A stretch of DNA of 63,552 bases, filler included, from Globobulimina sp. (GCA_003354225.1; 50 parts of 50 records of this genome joined end to end with filler, not necessarily neighbours in it), one strand, 5' to 3'; positions 36,670 to 48,057 are shown, counted from the first letter of the whole stretch. Notes: generated by a model from the letters alone, not told the origin. Program-made: numbers and translations.

Positions 36670-36756
36670 CGCGCAGAAGGTGGAATCGAACCACTGTGTT
36701 GTTATACACCTACAGATTTGAAGTCTGCACACCACACCAGTGAGGATCATCCGCGC
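36670..36756 (-). tRNA. tRNA-Sec (anticodon UCA), eukaryotic 9/4 type
   Basis: GCGCGGATGATCCTCACTGGTGTGGTGTGCAGACTTCAAATCTGTAGGTGTATAACAACACAGTGGTTCGATTCCACCTTCTGCGCG: 9-bp acceptor, 6-bp D and anticodon stems, long variable arm, 4-bp T stem, G discriminator. Confidence 0.96.
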
Positions 36757-36995
36757 ATAAAGTACTGCTTAGGTGGGATTTAATCCCACATTTATATGCA
36801 TTATTTAACTCAACCTTAATTTTATTATTATCATNNNNNNNNNNNNNNNNNNNNNNNNNNNNNNNNNNNNNNNNNNNNTTAATTAATTAANNNNNNNNNN
36901 NNNNNNNNNNNNNNNNNNNNNNNNNNNNNNNNNNAACCACAAACTATCGCAGATCACAGACATCCGACAGCCAATACAAACACTTTAATACAACC

Positions 36996-38107
36996 ATGGA
37001 AACGATGAATATTGCATTTTCCATTTTATTTTTACTGTCCACCGTTGTCGCAGAGCCTCCATCCAATGATAATGCCTGTGATGCGACACTTATTCATATT
37101 GGTGATTCTGTGGTAGCTAATTTGACCAACGAAGCTACCAAAGAGACCGGCGAAATATCTCCCGGTAATGATGCTACATATTTTGGATTCAGCCAAGATG
37201 GCTGGAACGCGGGCGACACCAATGTTCAAAATTCCATCTGGTACAAAGTAATCGCATTTGAATTACAATTAAAAATGGTCGAATATGCAGATGATGATTG
37301 TCTAGATACACAATTAGCTGTTTACACTGTTTCCGATTGCGCAAATTTTAGCACATTTACATTGATCAAAGCAAATGATTATGAGGGCTGTGCCCATATT
37401 TTCCCTTTTACTGAGTGTGTCACGCAAGAATATTACATTCAGGTTGATTCATTTGGCGGTAAAACAGGTTCCTTCCAAATGGATGTGGCGGGAATGGAAG
37501 ACGGCGAATGTCCGGCAATGACAAATGACAATGTTTGCGAGGCCAGGCAAATTGCAGTGGGCGATGTTGTCATTGATGTATTGACTCAGTACGGCACCAC
37601 TCAAAGCAATGAAATAAGTCCAAATATCGGGCATTGTTACGGTCAAAGTGGATGGTGTGCGGATGACCCAAATGTACAAAATTCACTGTGGTACAAAGTA
37701 ACAGCATTCGAGTTAGAATTAGAAATGGTGTGTTATGCCGGTGTTTGTATCAATACTCAATTGGCTGTTTATACTGCCACCGATTGTGGTGATTTTGGCA
37801 CATTTACGTTGGTGAAAGCAAACGACGACCAAAGTACCGACAGTTGGGCTCCCCATATATGGCCGTTTAATAATAGCAACAACATTACCCAATGTGTGGA
37901 ATATTACATTCAAGTGGATGGATTTGCTGTACCTGGTCGTCCCGAAGGTATCGCCACCGGCGTTTTCCAGATGAATGTAATTGGAGAATGTGAATGTAAT
38001 TCGTGTACAGCTGCGCCTTCCTCGGCGCCTTCCTCTGCGCCTTCCTCTGCGCCTTCCTCTGTGCCTTCCTCTGCGCCTACGACGTCTTCAGAGTCTTCGG
38101 AGTCTTC
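36996..38107 (+). CDS. Secreted protein with two tandem ~155-aa PPC-like beta domains and PSSA repeats, 3'-partial
   Basis: Signal peptide; duplicated ND..C.A...NVQNS.WYKV...TQLAVY..DC..F..FTL.KAND...YYIQVD. Confidence 0.8.
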
Positions 38108-38341
38108 NNNNNNNNNNNNNNNNNNNNNNNNNNNNNNNNNNNNNNNNNNNNTTAATTAATTAANNNNNNNNNNNNNNNNNNNNNNNNNNNNNNNNNNNNN
38201 NNNNNNNTATATATTAGTAAAAAAATGCGTGACATGTGCTCCAGAATATAAATATATTAGTAACTAATATATATATATTAGTACTAATATGCGTACCTCT
38301 TATCGGGAACACTACTGTAATCAATTTACGCGAATATACAG

Positions 38342-39322
38342 TGCAAACCTTGTTGGATTACAGTATTCGGAAAGGGTCAAATAACCGTGACAACTTTGCC
38401 AAATCCAAATATTGGTTCGAAAAGATTGGATCAGACACATTAACCTCAGATTATGATTTTACGTATGTCAAATGGACTGAACCGCGACGAGTGGTCCCCA
38501 ATCTTATCAGTTTTTGCAATAAATTCTTTGAAATCTATAGAGCGTGGCCATTGACAGTGTTTGATTTGAATTTTTATGTTTCATCAACATTTATTGATGC
38601 GAATGGATGGGATGCATTGAGAGATGATAAATTCAGTCAATTAAAATCATTATTTACGGAAATTAAATATGGTTCAACTCCCAAAACAATATATGCATTG
38701 TCTCATGATTTTGGGGCCCATTATCCATCTTTTTTGAAACAGGATAAATGGTTGGCCCATTATATGATTATCAAAAAAATGAAAGCGTTTGAATTAGGAA
38801 CATACGGCGATGGTTTTGGTGAGTTTGAGTTGCCGTATCTGGAATATTCGGAAATATTTTATTATGTTATTCATCAATTAATTAACCCAAAGAATATGTT
38901 TGGTGAAACTGAAGCTCTCATCCAATCCAAAAGACAAATCTTGAAAATATATCTTAAAGTATACAAAAAGCGTTTTTGTTTGGGAATAATACATATTTTA
39001 AATTGCGAATTTGCGATACAAAATACCGATACAAAAACGCTTTCTGTATATTAAGACATTGGCATATTTGATGAAATATTATGCTGACGAAGCGTATATA
39101 AGCAATGAAGCATTGCAACATATGAGAGATCCTGCGATGACCGGATATGATGATGATCATAAATATATTGCTGTTTTGGACAATTTTGCCTTTGTTGTGG
39201 AATATTTTGTGACTGCGTATAATGACGACAATAAAGATAAAGATGAGAAATTATTTTATTTCATTGATCGTATTTTTAGCTATGATTTATATTTGATTGA
39301 TGACATACCAAGGATTCATTGA
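38342..39322 (+). CDS. Putative nucleotidyltransferase-fold protein; intron 38959-39055
   Basis: IGSDTLTSDYDFT, VFDLNFY, ADEAYIS..A..H; a 97-nt GT-AG intron joins the two ORFs in phase 0. Confidence 0.55.
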
Positions 39323-39482
39323 TGAATCATTGATGAAATAAAGATATAAAAAACGTTTTTGTGTTGGTTGATGATTGGGANNNNNNNNNNNNNNNNNNNN
39401 NNNNNNNNNNNNNNNNNNNNNNNNTTAATTAATTAANNNNNNNNNNNNNNNNNNNNNNNNNNNNNNNNNNNNNNNNNNNNAT

Positions 39483-40601
39483 AAAAACGGGGAAAATATA
39501 TACTTATTTTCTTTTGGTGGAAAGAAGTATGAAGTTCGATTGGATGAATTGAAACAGTATAATGTAAAGACAAAATTTGCACGCAAAATAAGACGTGTTC
39601 AAGCTGATAAAGTTCAAAGTGTTGACACTTCGAATATTCGCCGTCCCATAAAAAAACATTTCTCAGTGAAACCAGTGTCTGCTGTTCAGTGTTGGCAATG
39701 GCAGGATGACGACGGATATAAGGATTATTCACAGGTTATATGCAATGAACTTGAAAGTGTTTATATCAATCAAGGTGCCAATGGTTATGGTAAGCTGATA
39801 ACAAAGACATTTGGAACGCAAAGCTATGACATTAAGCCATTCCAAATGGTACAGGTTAACAAAGCAACGCAATATACGCGAGCTATAAGAAGGGTACATA
39901 TTAATGATAAAACTGACGAAAAGTTCGAGAAATTTATGAAATGGCAGTGGTGCGATGATGGCCCCGAATGGAGAGATTATAGTACAAAAATAAGTATTGC
40001 CATAGAAAAAAGTTATGCAAATTCGGAAAACATTCATCAACTTACAATCAAAAGCAAAACATATGAGATCAGATTTGGCAAACTGAAACAACGCAATTTG
40101 TCAAGCAATTTTGAACGAGATGTTCGAAGAGTTGCTGTAAACAATAACGCTAAGAATGATGTGAGGAATAGGAGTGATGATAATTTTGTGCGCAGTGAGT
40201 CGTGGACTGGACCAAAACGGAAAACATTTGGTGATGAAGTGAAGACATTGTATCATGTAACAAATAAAAAAGCAGCTTCTGCCATTGGTAAATCGGGAAG
40301 GATGATTCGAGGCAGTGATGGGATGTTTGGTGGAGGGATATATTTTGCGGAAAATGTGGAGAGTGCAATATATAAATCTGAACACAAAGGTGGATGGGTG
40401 ATAACTGCCAAAGTATTGGTTGGAAAAACATTCGTTGCCAAAGATGCCAGTGCCGGCAAATTTGATTTTAATAAGTTGCAATCGATTGGATGTGACTCGG
40501 TGCACGCACCAATCGGGTCTTGCAAAGGCAAGTCTGAGCGTGTTGTTTTCAATTGGGATCAAGTCTGTGTTGTTAGTGTCAATGCTCACATTCTCCACTG
40601 A
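39483..40601 (+). CDS. WWE-repeat PARP-like ADP-ribosyltransferase, 5'-partial
   Basis: One partial plus two full WWE units (WQWQDDDG, WQWCDDG, RxIRR/VRR); catalytic LYHVT, GMFGGGIYFA, ERVVFNWDQV. Confidence 0.88.
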   Translation, partial: KNGENIYLFSFGGKKYEVRLDELKQYNVKTKFARKIRRVQADKVQSVDTSNIRRPIKKHFSVKPVSAVQCWQWQDDDGYKDYSQVICNELESVYINQGANGYGKLITKTFGTQSYDIKPFQMVQVNKATQYTRAIRRVHINDKTDEKFEKFMKWQWCDDGPEWRDYSTKISIAIEKSYANSENIHQLTIKSKTYEIRFGKLKQRNLSSNFERDVRRVAVNNNAKNDVRNRSDDNFVRSESWTGPKRKTFGDEVKTLYHVTNKKAASAIGKSGRMIRGSDGMFGGGIYFAENVESAIYKSEHKGGWVITAKVLVGKTFVAKDASAGKFDFNKLQSIGCDSVHAPIGSCKGKSERVVFNWDQVCVVSVNAHILH

Positions 40602-40756
40602 ACTGACTGAAGTCATCCTACTCACCATGTTTTCTGCGACAGTCACATTTGATNNNNNNNNNNNNNNNNNNNNNNNNNNNNNNNNNNNNNNNNNNNNTTA
40701 ATTAATTAANNNNNNNNNNNNNNNNNNNNNNNNNNNNNNNNNNNNNNNNNNNNTTA

Positions 40757-41926
40757 TTATTTTGATACCCAATATATCTTCCCATATTTTCGCCAATACG
40801 GGATTGCCGGCATTAAAATTATGCACAAAATCGAGTCAAAACATATAAATATCACATTGCCGATCACTATGCTCCTCAGCGGCTGCTGGTATCGCTTTAA
40901 TTGCACCATTGCCATATTAAATATTCTTTTGATGCGATAAATTTTGGTAAATAACGGCAAAAATATCAAGGAAAAGGATAAATTTAATAAAAACATGCGA
41001 AAATTGCACAAAACACTCCAATTATAGTCCAATTTATTTGCGCTTGGAAACGACTCATCGATGCCGAATAAAATGAGTGCGATATAACATATGACGCAGC
41101 CCGCAGCCATACACAACGATAACTGCCATTGCGAGGCTTTAATTATTTTGCGATCCCTATAATGCCATAACAATGCCACATAAATAAGCACAATAAACAT
41201 CGATAAAAATATGCAAAACCATATAAACCGCGGCAATGCCTCTCCATTCTTGGTAGTAATGCCATTGTATGATTTATATGCGGTTTTGGGCGCATTGTTG
41301 TGATAATGCAGTGGCCAAACTATATCCTCTTGATTGATAATGATATTTCCGCCAAAGCTGAAGCCAATTTGCTGAATAACACCAGTCTGTGGATGGACAT
41401 TGCAAAAAGAGAACAAACCGCCCAATCTATCGCCGCCGCCATTTAATTTATACGACACATTGCCAGATAAGCCAATGAACCAAATCTCGTCCAAAATCTG
41501 CTTAAATTCATCAATGGTCGCCGCCTCTGCGTCGTATAATCGTTCATAAAACTGGGACATGCTCGAAATACTGTATTTCTTTATATATTCATCGATGATT
41601 TTGATGACAGTCAGCATCACATCGTAGGCATAAATGGTAAATCTCCCCGGCGACGAAGTATTGAATGTGATATCATATCTTTCCTCACTTTGCAACCACA
41701 GCCATTCCGAATAAAATTGGTCATACATTTTCAGTGAAATATTGACTGGAAACGGGTACAAATCGTAGAACGAGTCGTTGTTGGACGGGCTCCACGGACA
41801 CGAACCGACCATCCCGCCATAGATTGGCAGATATTCTGACCACGATTTTGTTGAATGGAAAAATGATAATATTGCAGGATATATCAGTTCGAATAAGTCT
41901 TTATCATTTTGTGTCATTTCAAAAAA
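40757..41926 (-). CDS. Class C (GABA-B-like) GPCR fragment
   Basis: YAYD, FIGLSGNVSY..GDR, IIKASQW, LFTKIYRIKRIF. Confidence 0.85.
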   Translation of the reverse strand, partial: FFEMTQNDKDLFELIYPAILSFFHSTKSWSEYLPIYGGMVGSCPWSPSNNDSFYDLYPFPVNISLKMYDQFYSEWLWLQSEERYDITFNTSSPGRFTIYAYDVMLTVIKIIDEYIKKYSISSMSQFYERLYDAEAATIDEFKQILDEIWFIGLSGNVSYKLNGGGDRLGGLFSFCNVHPQTGVIQQIGFSFGGNIIINQEDIVWPLHYHNNAPKTAYKSYNGITTKNGEALPRFIWFCIFLSMFIVLIYVALLWHYRDRKIIKASQWQLSLCMAAGCVICYIALILFGIDESFPSANKLDYNWSVLCNFRMFLLNLSFSLIFLPLFTKIYRIKRIFNMAMVQLKRYQQPLRSIVIGNVIFICFDSILCIILMPAIPYWRKYGKIYWVSK

Positions 41927-42052
41927 NNNNNNNNNNNNNNNNNNNNNNNNNNNNNNNNNNNNNNNNNNNNTTAATTAATTAANNNNNNNNNNNNNNNNNN
42001 NNNNNNNNNNNNNNNNNNNNNNNNNNATCAATCCCATAAACATGGCTCCAAC

Positions 42053-43199
42053 TCAGTCATCAAGGCAAGGCGAGGCATAATCAGATACATTGGCAACAAT
42101 TAATAGTATCTGCCTGAACACCTCGAAACAATGCAGTATCCGGCCAATATAATGGATATTTCGGCCATGGCCACCAAAAGTTTTGTGTGCAGTGTGTCGC
42201 CACCCAGTAACATTTGGTAACGTGGACGAAGTTGCTGAAGCATTTGGATTCCAAAATATTATGCTACCTTTGGGATTACTATGTGCAGTCACAATCAACT
42301 TATACTCAGCTAACCATGATACTTGAACACATGCGGAGTCATTCATGCTTGAGAGCTCGAGTGGAAAGTTTTCTTTCCGTAGAAAATGACCAGACACAAC
42401 ATTCCAAATAGCAATGGAACCATCACTGCCTCCCGTTATAACATAAACTGGTGGATAATGAGTAAGACATAAGATTTCATTCTGCGACGATTGTTTTTTA
42501 TTTGCTGCAGATGGCATAACACTGATTGGATGCTGTATTGCTTTATTTGACGAAGAATCGATCCAAACTCGAATCTTATTATCCCAGCCTGCCGACACAA
42601 TATATCGTGATGCAATGTTGGATTGATATAAACTTGAAATTGAATTTAATATTTTCCTACGAAATATTACATTTTTAATGTCATATTTCTTCAATAAAAT
42701 ATCATGATTTAATTCTAATAATTGTGCACCATTACAAAGTCCGCCATCAATCAATACATTGCCAATGTTTCGTAATTCTTTATCTCGGAATGATTCAAAC
42801 CAATGTTTGACGTCTTTTTTATTCCACGAAGTTACTTCCATCACATAAACAATACCCGTTATCTCTGTCCCTTCTCTACACTTCGCATCGCCATCCATTT
42901 TCCAATGCGCATATTTATTGCTGTCATGATCTCGAAACTCGCATAAACATTGTCCAGAGGAGAAATTCCACATTTTTAAGGAGCCCATATCACTGCCAGT
43001 TATTACCCTTCTTTGTGAGGTATCAAATGCCAATGCGGTTATCTTCTCTTTATAACCTGTGCTGTACCGGAATACGCGCGACGAATCTGCGATATCCCAA
43101 ACATGTATATTTCCCGCAAAATCTGACGATACGCATTGTTCAAAATGTTTATTAAAATATGCTGCAGATACCCCATCGTCGTGGCTCTTTACTGCAGAC
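42053..43199 (-). CDS. WD40-repeat protein with an inserted SAM domain, partial
   Basis: GSLKMWNF, SAGWDNKIRVW, GSIAIWN; SAM-like WNKKDVKHWF...NGAQLLEL...RRKILNSI. Confidence 0.8.
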
Positions 43200-43638
43200 N
43201 NNNNNNNNNNNNNNNNNNNNNNNNNNNNNNNNNNNNNNNNNNNTTAATTAATTAANNNNNNNNNNNNNNNNNNNNNNNNNNNNNNNNNNNNNNNNNNNNT
43301 GTTTTCTGTGGCTGTTTCATTTCAATTTTATGTTTATAGCCATTACCAACTAATACGTACTGCTATTTACGGAGGTGATATGGAGACTGGTTTATGGCGT
43401 TGGTTTGAGATATGTCGTATGACATCTCGATAAATTTGAAGTTCTGAACATTTCCAAAACTTCACAACTGTGTGCAATCAACTTTTCCAAAAAGTGAAAA
43501 TTTGATAATTTCTAACTTTGTCAAATCGAAAAATTGAAGTCTTTCCTTTTAGAACCTATCTGATTGATACAACACACACAATACCAAACGCACAAAGCAA
43601 GCAAAATGACGAAAGAGTTAGTGCAGTAAAGCCTAACT

Positions 43639-44472
43639 TTACTCTAAACTCAACACTTTAATTTGTAATGCACCATATTCCTTAAAATGTCCATTATAAA
43701 CATTATATGCAACAGCAGGATAATATGTATTTGATTTAATTTTAATAGTTTTGCCCATTTTATATGAATTAATAAAAAATGATAACTCCAATTTATTAAA
43801 ATCTACTCTCAGACTCATTGTCTCATCTTTAATCAAAGAAAGCCATGTTCTTTTTTTGGTAACTTTCTCTTCGTATTCTTGTTTCCCATTTTCATAATGC
43901 CAGATTGCAGTGATACTGCCAACAAATAATTGATATGACACTCCACATTCCTTTGCATCAAAGAACCATTCATTACTCTCAATTTTTGCTTTGCCGTTTG
44001 TTACCATACCAATGGATATATTATTTCTTGCACTTTGTAAACATTTTAATTTAAACTCATGAATTCCTCCATTTGTATCTTTTGACCACTGAGTTTCTAA
44101 TATTCCATAGGTTTTTTTCTTAGTATCATATATTCCCTTTGTAGTAAATATTGAATTCTTTAAATCAACAATACAGTGATCATTCCCTTTAAATATAGTT
44201 ATTTCATTTAATATTGATTTTGAACCAAATTCATTTTCTTTCTTTTCTTCTTTTTCTTGATTTATTTCATTCGCTTGTTTTTTCAATTATTTCTTTTAAT
44301 TTTTCAATTTCATTCGCTTGTTTTTTCTGTGCATTAATCGCCGCCTTTTCCTTTGCTGCAAAGTCATTCATTAATTTATTTTTTTCCTCATCGTACATCA
44401 ATCTCATATTAACACTCTCATTCTTCTCCGCTGCTAATTCTTTGCGTAAATCTTCGTTTTCATTGCGGATTT
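43639..44472 (-). CDS. Coiled-coil plus SPRY/B30.2-like domain protein; apparent 1-nt frameshift at a homopolymer near 44278-44283
   Basis: E/K-rich coil; ISIGMV, LRVDFNKLELSFFIN, YYPAV. Confidence 0.65.
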
Positions 44473-44572
44473 NNNNNNNNNNNNNNNNNNNNNNNNNNNN
44501 NNNNNNNNNNNNNNNNTTAATTAATTAANNNNNNNNNNNNNNNNNNNNNNNNNNNNNNNNNNNNNNNNNNNN

Positions 44573-45581
44573 AGACACATCCTTCGTTCTCCCATAACTG
44601 CCCACAATCATCACACAACACCTTTTGTGGTAAACACGCAGCACAATAATAAGTATTACAGTTATTCTGACGACACAAATAATTCCCATCCCAGTTGGCA
44701 CTGACATTTACATTACACCGACTACAATAATGCTGACAGCTGCAATTAAAATTTGGTAAATCTGGAACATCCTCATTGCTGCACATACTACAATACGAAA
44801 TAACCGATTTATCCCCATCATGATAAAAATCTGTGATTGGCACTCGATTTGTTGCCAAACTTTCATGTTCAAACACTGCGTTAAAAAGTTCACCAATGAA
44901 ATTAAATACATTCTCCTTACCGTTCATAAAACTATCTGCACAATTTTTATTTGGAACCGTGGCGCGATATAAACCTTTCACAAAATGTTGACAATTATTA
45001 TGCACTAAATCATATGTGCTCCATTTAGGTTTACCGATATATTGCCATACATCATTTAATGTTGGCCCAATTGCTAAAAGATATACATCTACGCCATGGC
45101 CATAACTATAATCACTGTCAGTAAATACACTGCAATTTGCTTTGTTTCCTGATGAACTTATCCCAATTTTATCCGCTCCCCGTATTAATTGACATACGTT
45201 GTATGATTTGCCAACTTCGTGATTAAATTGAACAATATAAGATTGGCCGTCATGTGTTTCAATCCTAGCCCACCAGTGCGTTATAGATGCACCAAAAAGA
45301 ATACTACTGAATATACTTCCAATTCCTGCTGCCCATGAATTACCAATGAAACACTTACAGCACGTAAATGAAACAATTTTAGAATTTAAGTTGAGAGTTG
45401 CGGGCACTTTCTGGCGTCTAGTTCCTCTGATTATCAATTTGTCTCTGAAGAATAGGCCAACTGTGTATTTCACTGCGAACTTACAAACGGCATGCACTGG
45501 TTTTAGCACAATCTTTGTGACTTTTACAATCGCTTTCCCCACTTTCTTAATTCCTCTCCAAAGACTTCCCCAAAATCCCAT
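44573..45581 (-). CDS. Permuted papain-like (PPPDE/LRAT-type) peptidase with C-terminal Cys-rich zinc region, 3'-partial
   Basis: THWWARIE (catalytic His) and YDLVHNNCQHFV (catalytic Cys); several CxxC pairs. Confidence 0.75.
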
Positions 45582-45844
45582 TTTGTAAAGTGTTAACGAT
45601 GAGTTTTAATAGATGCTCGATATTTTGTATATGATTTTATGCAAAGAAAATTTGCATTGGGTTAGCAAAGTGAGTACAAACTGTACATTTGCAGTTGGTT
45701 TTTTACAAACGCAATGCAAACTTTCTATTCATCGATATGTATACNNNNNNNNNNNNNNNNNNNNNNNNNNNNNNNNNNNNNNNNNNNNTTAATTAATTAA
45801 NNNNNNNNNNNNNNNNNNNNNNNNNNNNNNNNNNNNNNNNNNNN

Positions 45845-46833
45845 GATGTTGATGTTGATGTTGATGTATGAGCAGATTTCCAATGCGTTTTAAGTGTACC
45901 TTTTATACAATATGTGGCTGTACACAGCTTACAATGAAATGCTCTTTGTCCTAAATGTGAGGCAATATGGGCCAAAAAATTAGAATCATTTTGAGATACA
46001 TGTTTATTGCATCCACGGTCGATATCACATTTTCGCCATTCTTTTCCTGGTGACTCATCATAATGTTTCTTAATATCATCCCTATATTCATAGAATGCAT
46101 CGAAATGTTGCTTACAAATATGACAATTTATTGAAAAATAAAAACTATCATCAAATTCTACGGATGTTACTGTTTTAATTAACAATGAAGTCAATACTTT
46201 ATCCACTAATGATTGCGTATCATTTTCTGATTTAATATGGAATTGTAATGCTTTATGAATGTTATTTTTATCAAATCCCATTTCCAATAAATGATTTGTA
46301 ATGTTTTTAATATCACACTCAAGTGTTGGATCTGCGTTTGTTTTCCCGTCATCTTGAAACAATAAACCATGGCCACAGTTTGTATGGCATTTTGTTTGTG
46401 GTTCTGGTGATTTATTATTCGGCGCAGTTTGTTGCGTTGAATCTGGTAATTCTGATTCCTTCTTCTTCTTATTATTATTGTTTGATTTTCTATTTCCGAG
46501 ATTTGCACTGTTATTTATATTATTTATGTTATTATTTATATTCTTTGTATTTTTTAACATTGACGAAAAATTCATAAATTTAGCTTTCCAATAATTCATA
46601 TTTGTTTTATGAAGAACAGTTCCTTCCTTGTAATAATCTCTCTGTTTCTTGTAATAATCTCTCTGTTCAGTTATTCGTTCTTTTTCTTTTTTCAAATCAT
46701 GAATAGTTTCAAATAATGCTGTTATTTTATCAAATACTGCCGTTGAGTTTAAATTTAATTTAATTTTTTTTCTATCAGGCTCTTGATTGTCAGTATTGTC
46801 AACGGTATCATCCAATTTTCTTTTGGAGGCCAT
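45845..46833 (-). CDS. C2H2 zinc-finger protein with coiled coil and UBA-like segment, 3'-partial
   Basis: FHCKLC...LKTHWKSAH; LLEMGFD; N-terminal KRK...RKKIK. Confidence 0.75.
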
Positions 46834-47116
46834 TGATGGAGGTTTATTTTTAATTGTATGACGCCAATTGCAGTATCCGATAAGCTTCGACGAGATTAAT
46901 AAGCTTTGACGTAAATATTGCATAACTGCTAAAGCACGTTTTTCAGAAAGCAGGACATTACGAGATGCTTCACCATTATCGTCTGTATGTCCTTCAACCC
47001 GTATGAGTGCATCTGGNNNNNNNNNNNNNNNNNNNNNNNNNNNNNNNNNNNNNNNNNNNNTTAATTAATTAANNNNNNNNNNNNNNNNNNNNNNNNNNNN
47101 NNNNNNNNNNNNNNNN

Positions 47117-48057
47117 TAATATTTTTTATATATACAGTATATATATTCAGTGGTACTGCATCCAACACGTCAATACAGTTAGTATTTGGTATATTATTCA
47201 TTACTTTGGATATAGGGCCATGTGTGATATTGTTGATATTTTCATTATTTCTCAAAGATTCGATAGGAATAAGAAAAGAAGTAATTAAATTGATAACATT
47301 ATGTTTAGTGGTATTGGTGACATGGTCAGTTATTAATTTATTTATACAATACGATATATATACATATCAACGTTCAGTTTCAAAAGTATTAATATTTATT
47401 CCCAGCATTATAATCGCAGCAATGATAATGGCCAAACCAGAGCCAAATAATATATTTTGTAATGATAATCGTGGCCGTTTAAGATCTGTGTCGACTGCGA
47501 TGATAAATATGAGAAGCTATAGCCATACAACTGATAATAATATGGAACGACAAGTACGACCATTAAATCCATTATATGCTGTATTAAATGATGAACATGG
47601 TTTGGAATATTTTGCTGATTATCTTGTAAAAGAGTTTAGTATCGAAAATCTATTATATCTGATTGAATTTAAACATTTACAAATTGAATTATTGAGGAAT
47701 AATATTGTAAATCAAATGAATTGGAAACAAGCTATTTGGAACTTGGAAATATCAAATCAAACAATGCGACTATTTAATAAAGCACAATATAACAATTGTA
47801 AAGAATGTAGTGAGTATATGGTGGTTATATTTGCACATTATATTAGTCCCTCTGCAATGTCACAAATTAATATTTCTTCTCAAACAAGAATGGACATTCA
47901 AAAGTTAATACAATCAAATAATGAAATAAATGATAAAATATTAGTTCAATTGTATACAAAATTTCAGGATGCTGCTAAACAAATATTTCATTTGCTTTCA
48001 ACGGATAGTTTTTCACGATTTATTAAAACTGCCGAATATATTAATTGGAAGCATTAA
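47117..48057 (+). CDS. Membrane-anchored RGS-domain protein (7TM-RGS-like), 5'-partial
   Basis: TM helices then [31 protein letters not shown]. Confidence 0.85.

Noticed and set aside
33116-36756. Physical clustering of tRNA-Sec with the TGA-containing PSD gene
   Set aside because: They are on different contigs ordered only by length; proximity is meaningless
40101-40646. Antisense and alternate-frame ORFs in the track (also 14371, 29707, 56154, 63083 and others)
   Set aside because: Shadows of well-supported genes on the other strand or frame, with no motifs of their own
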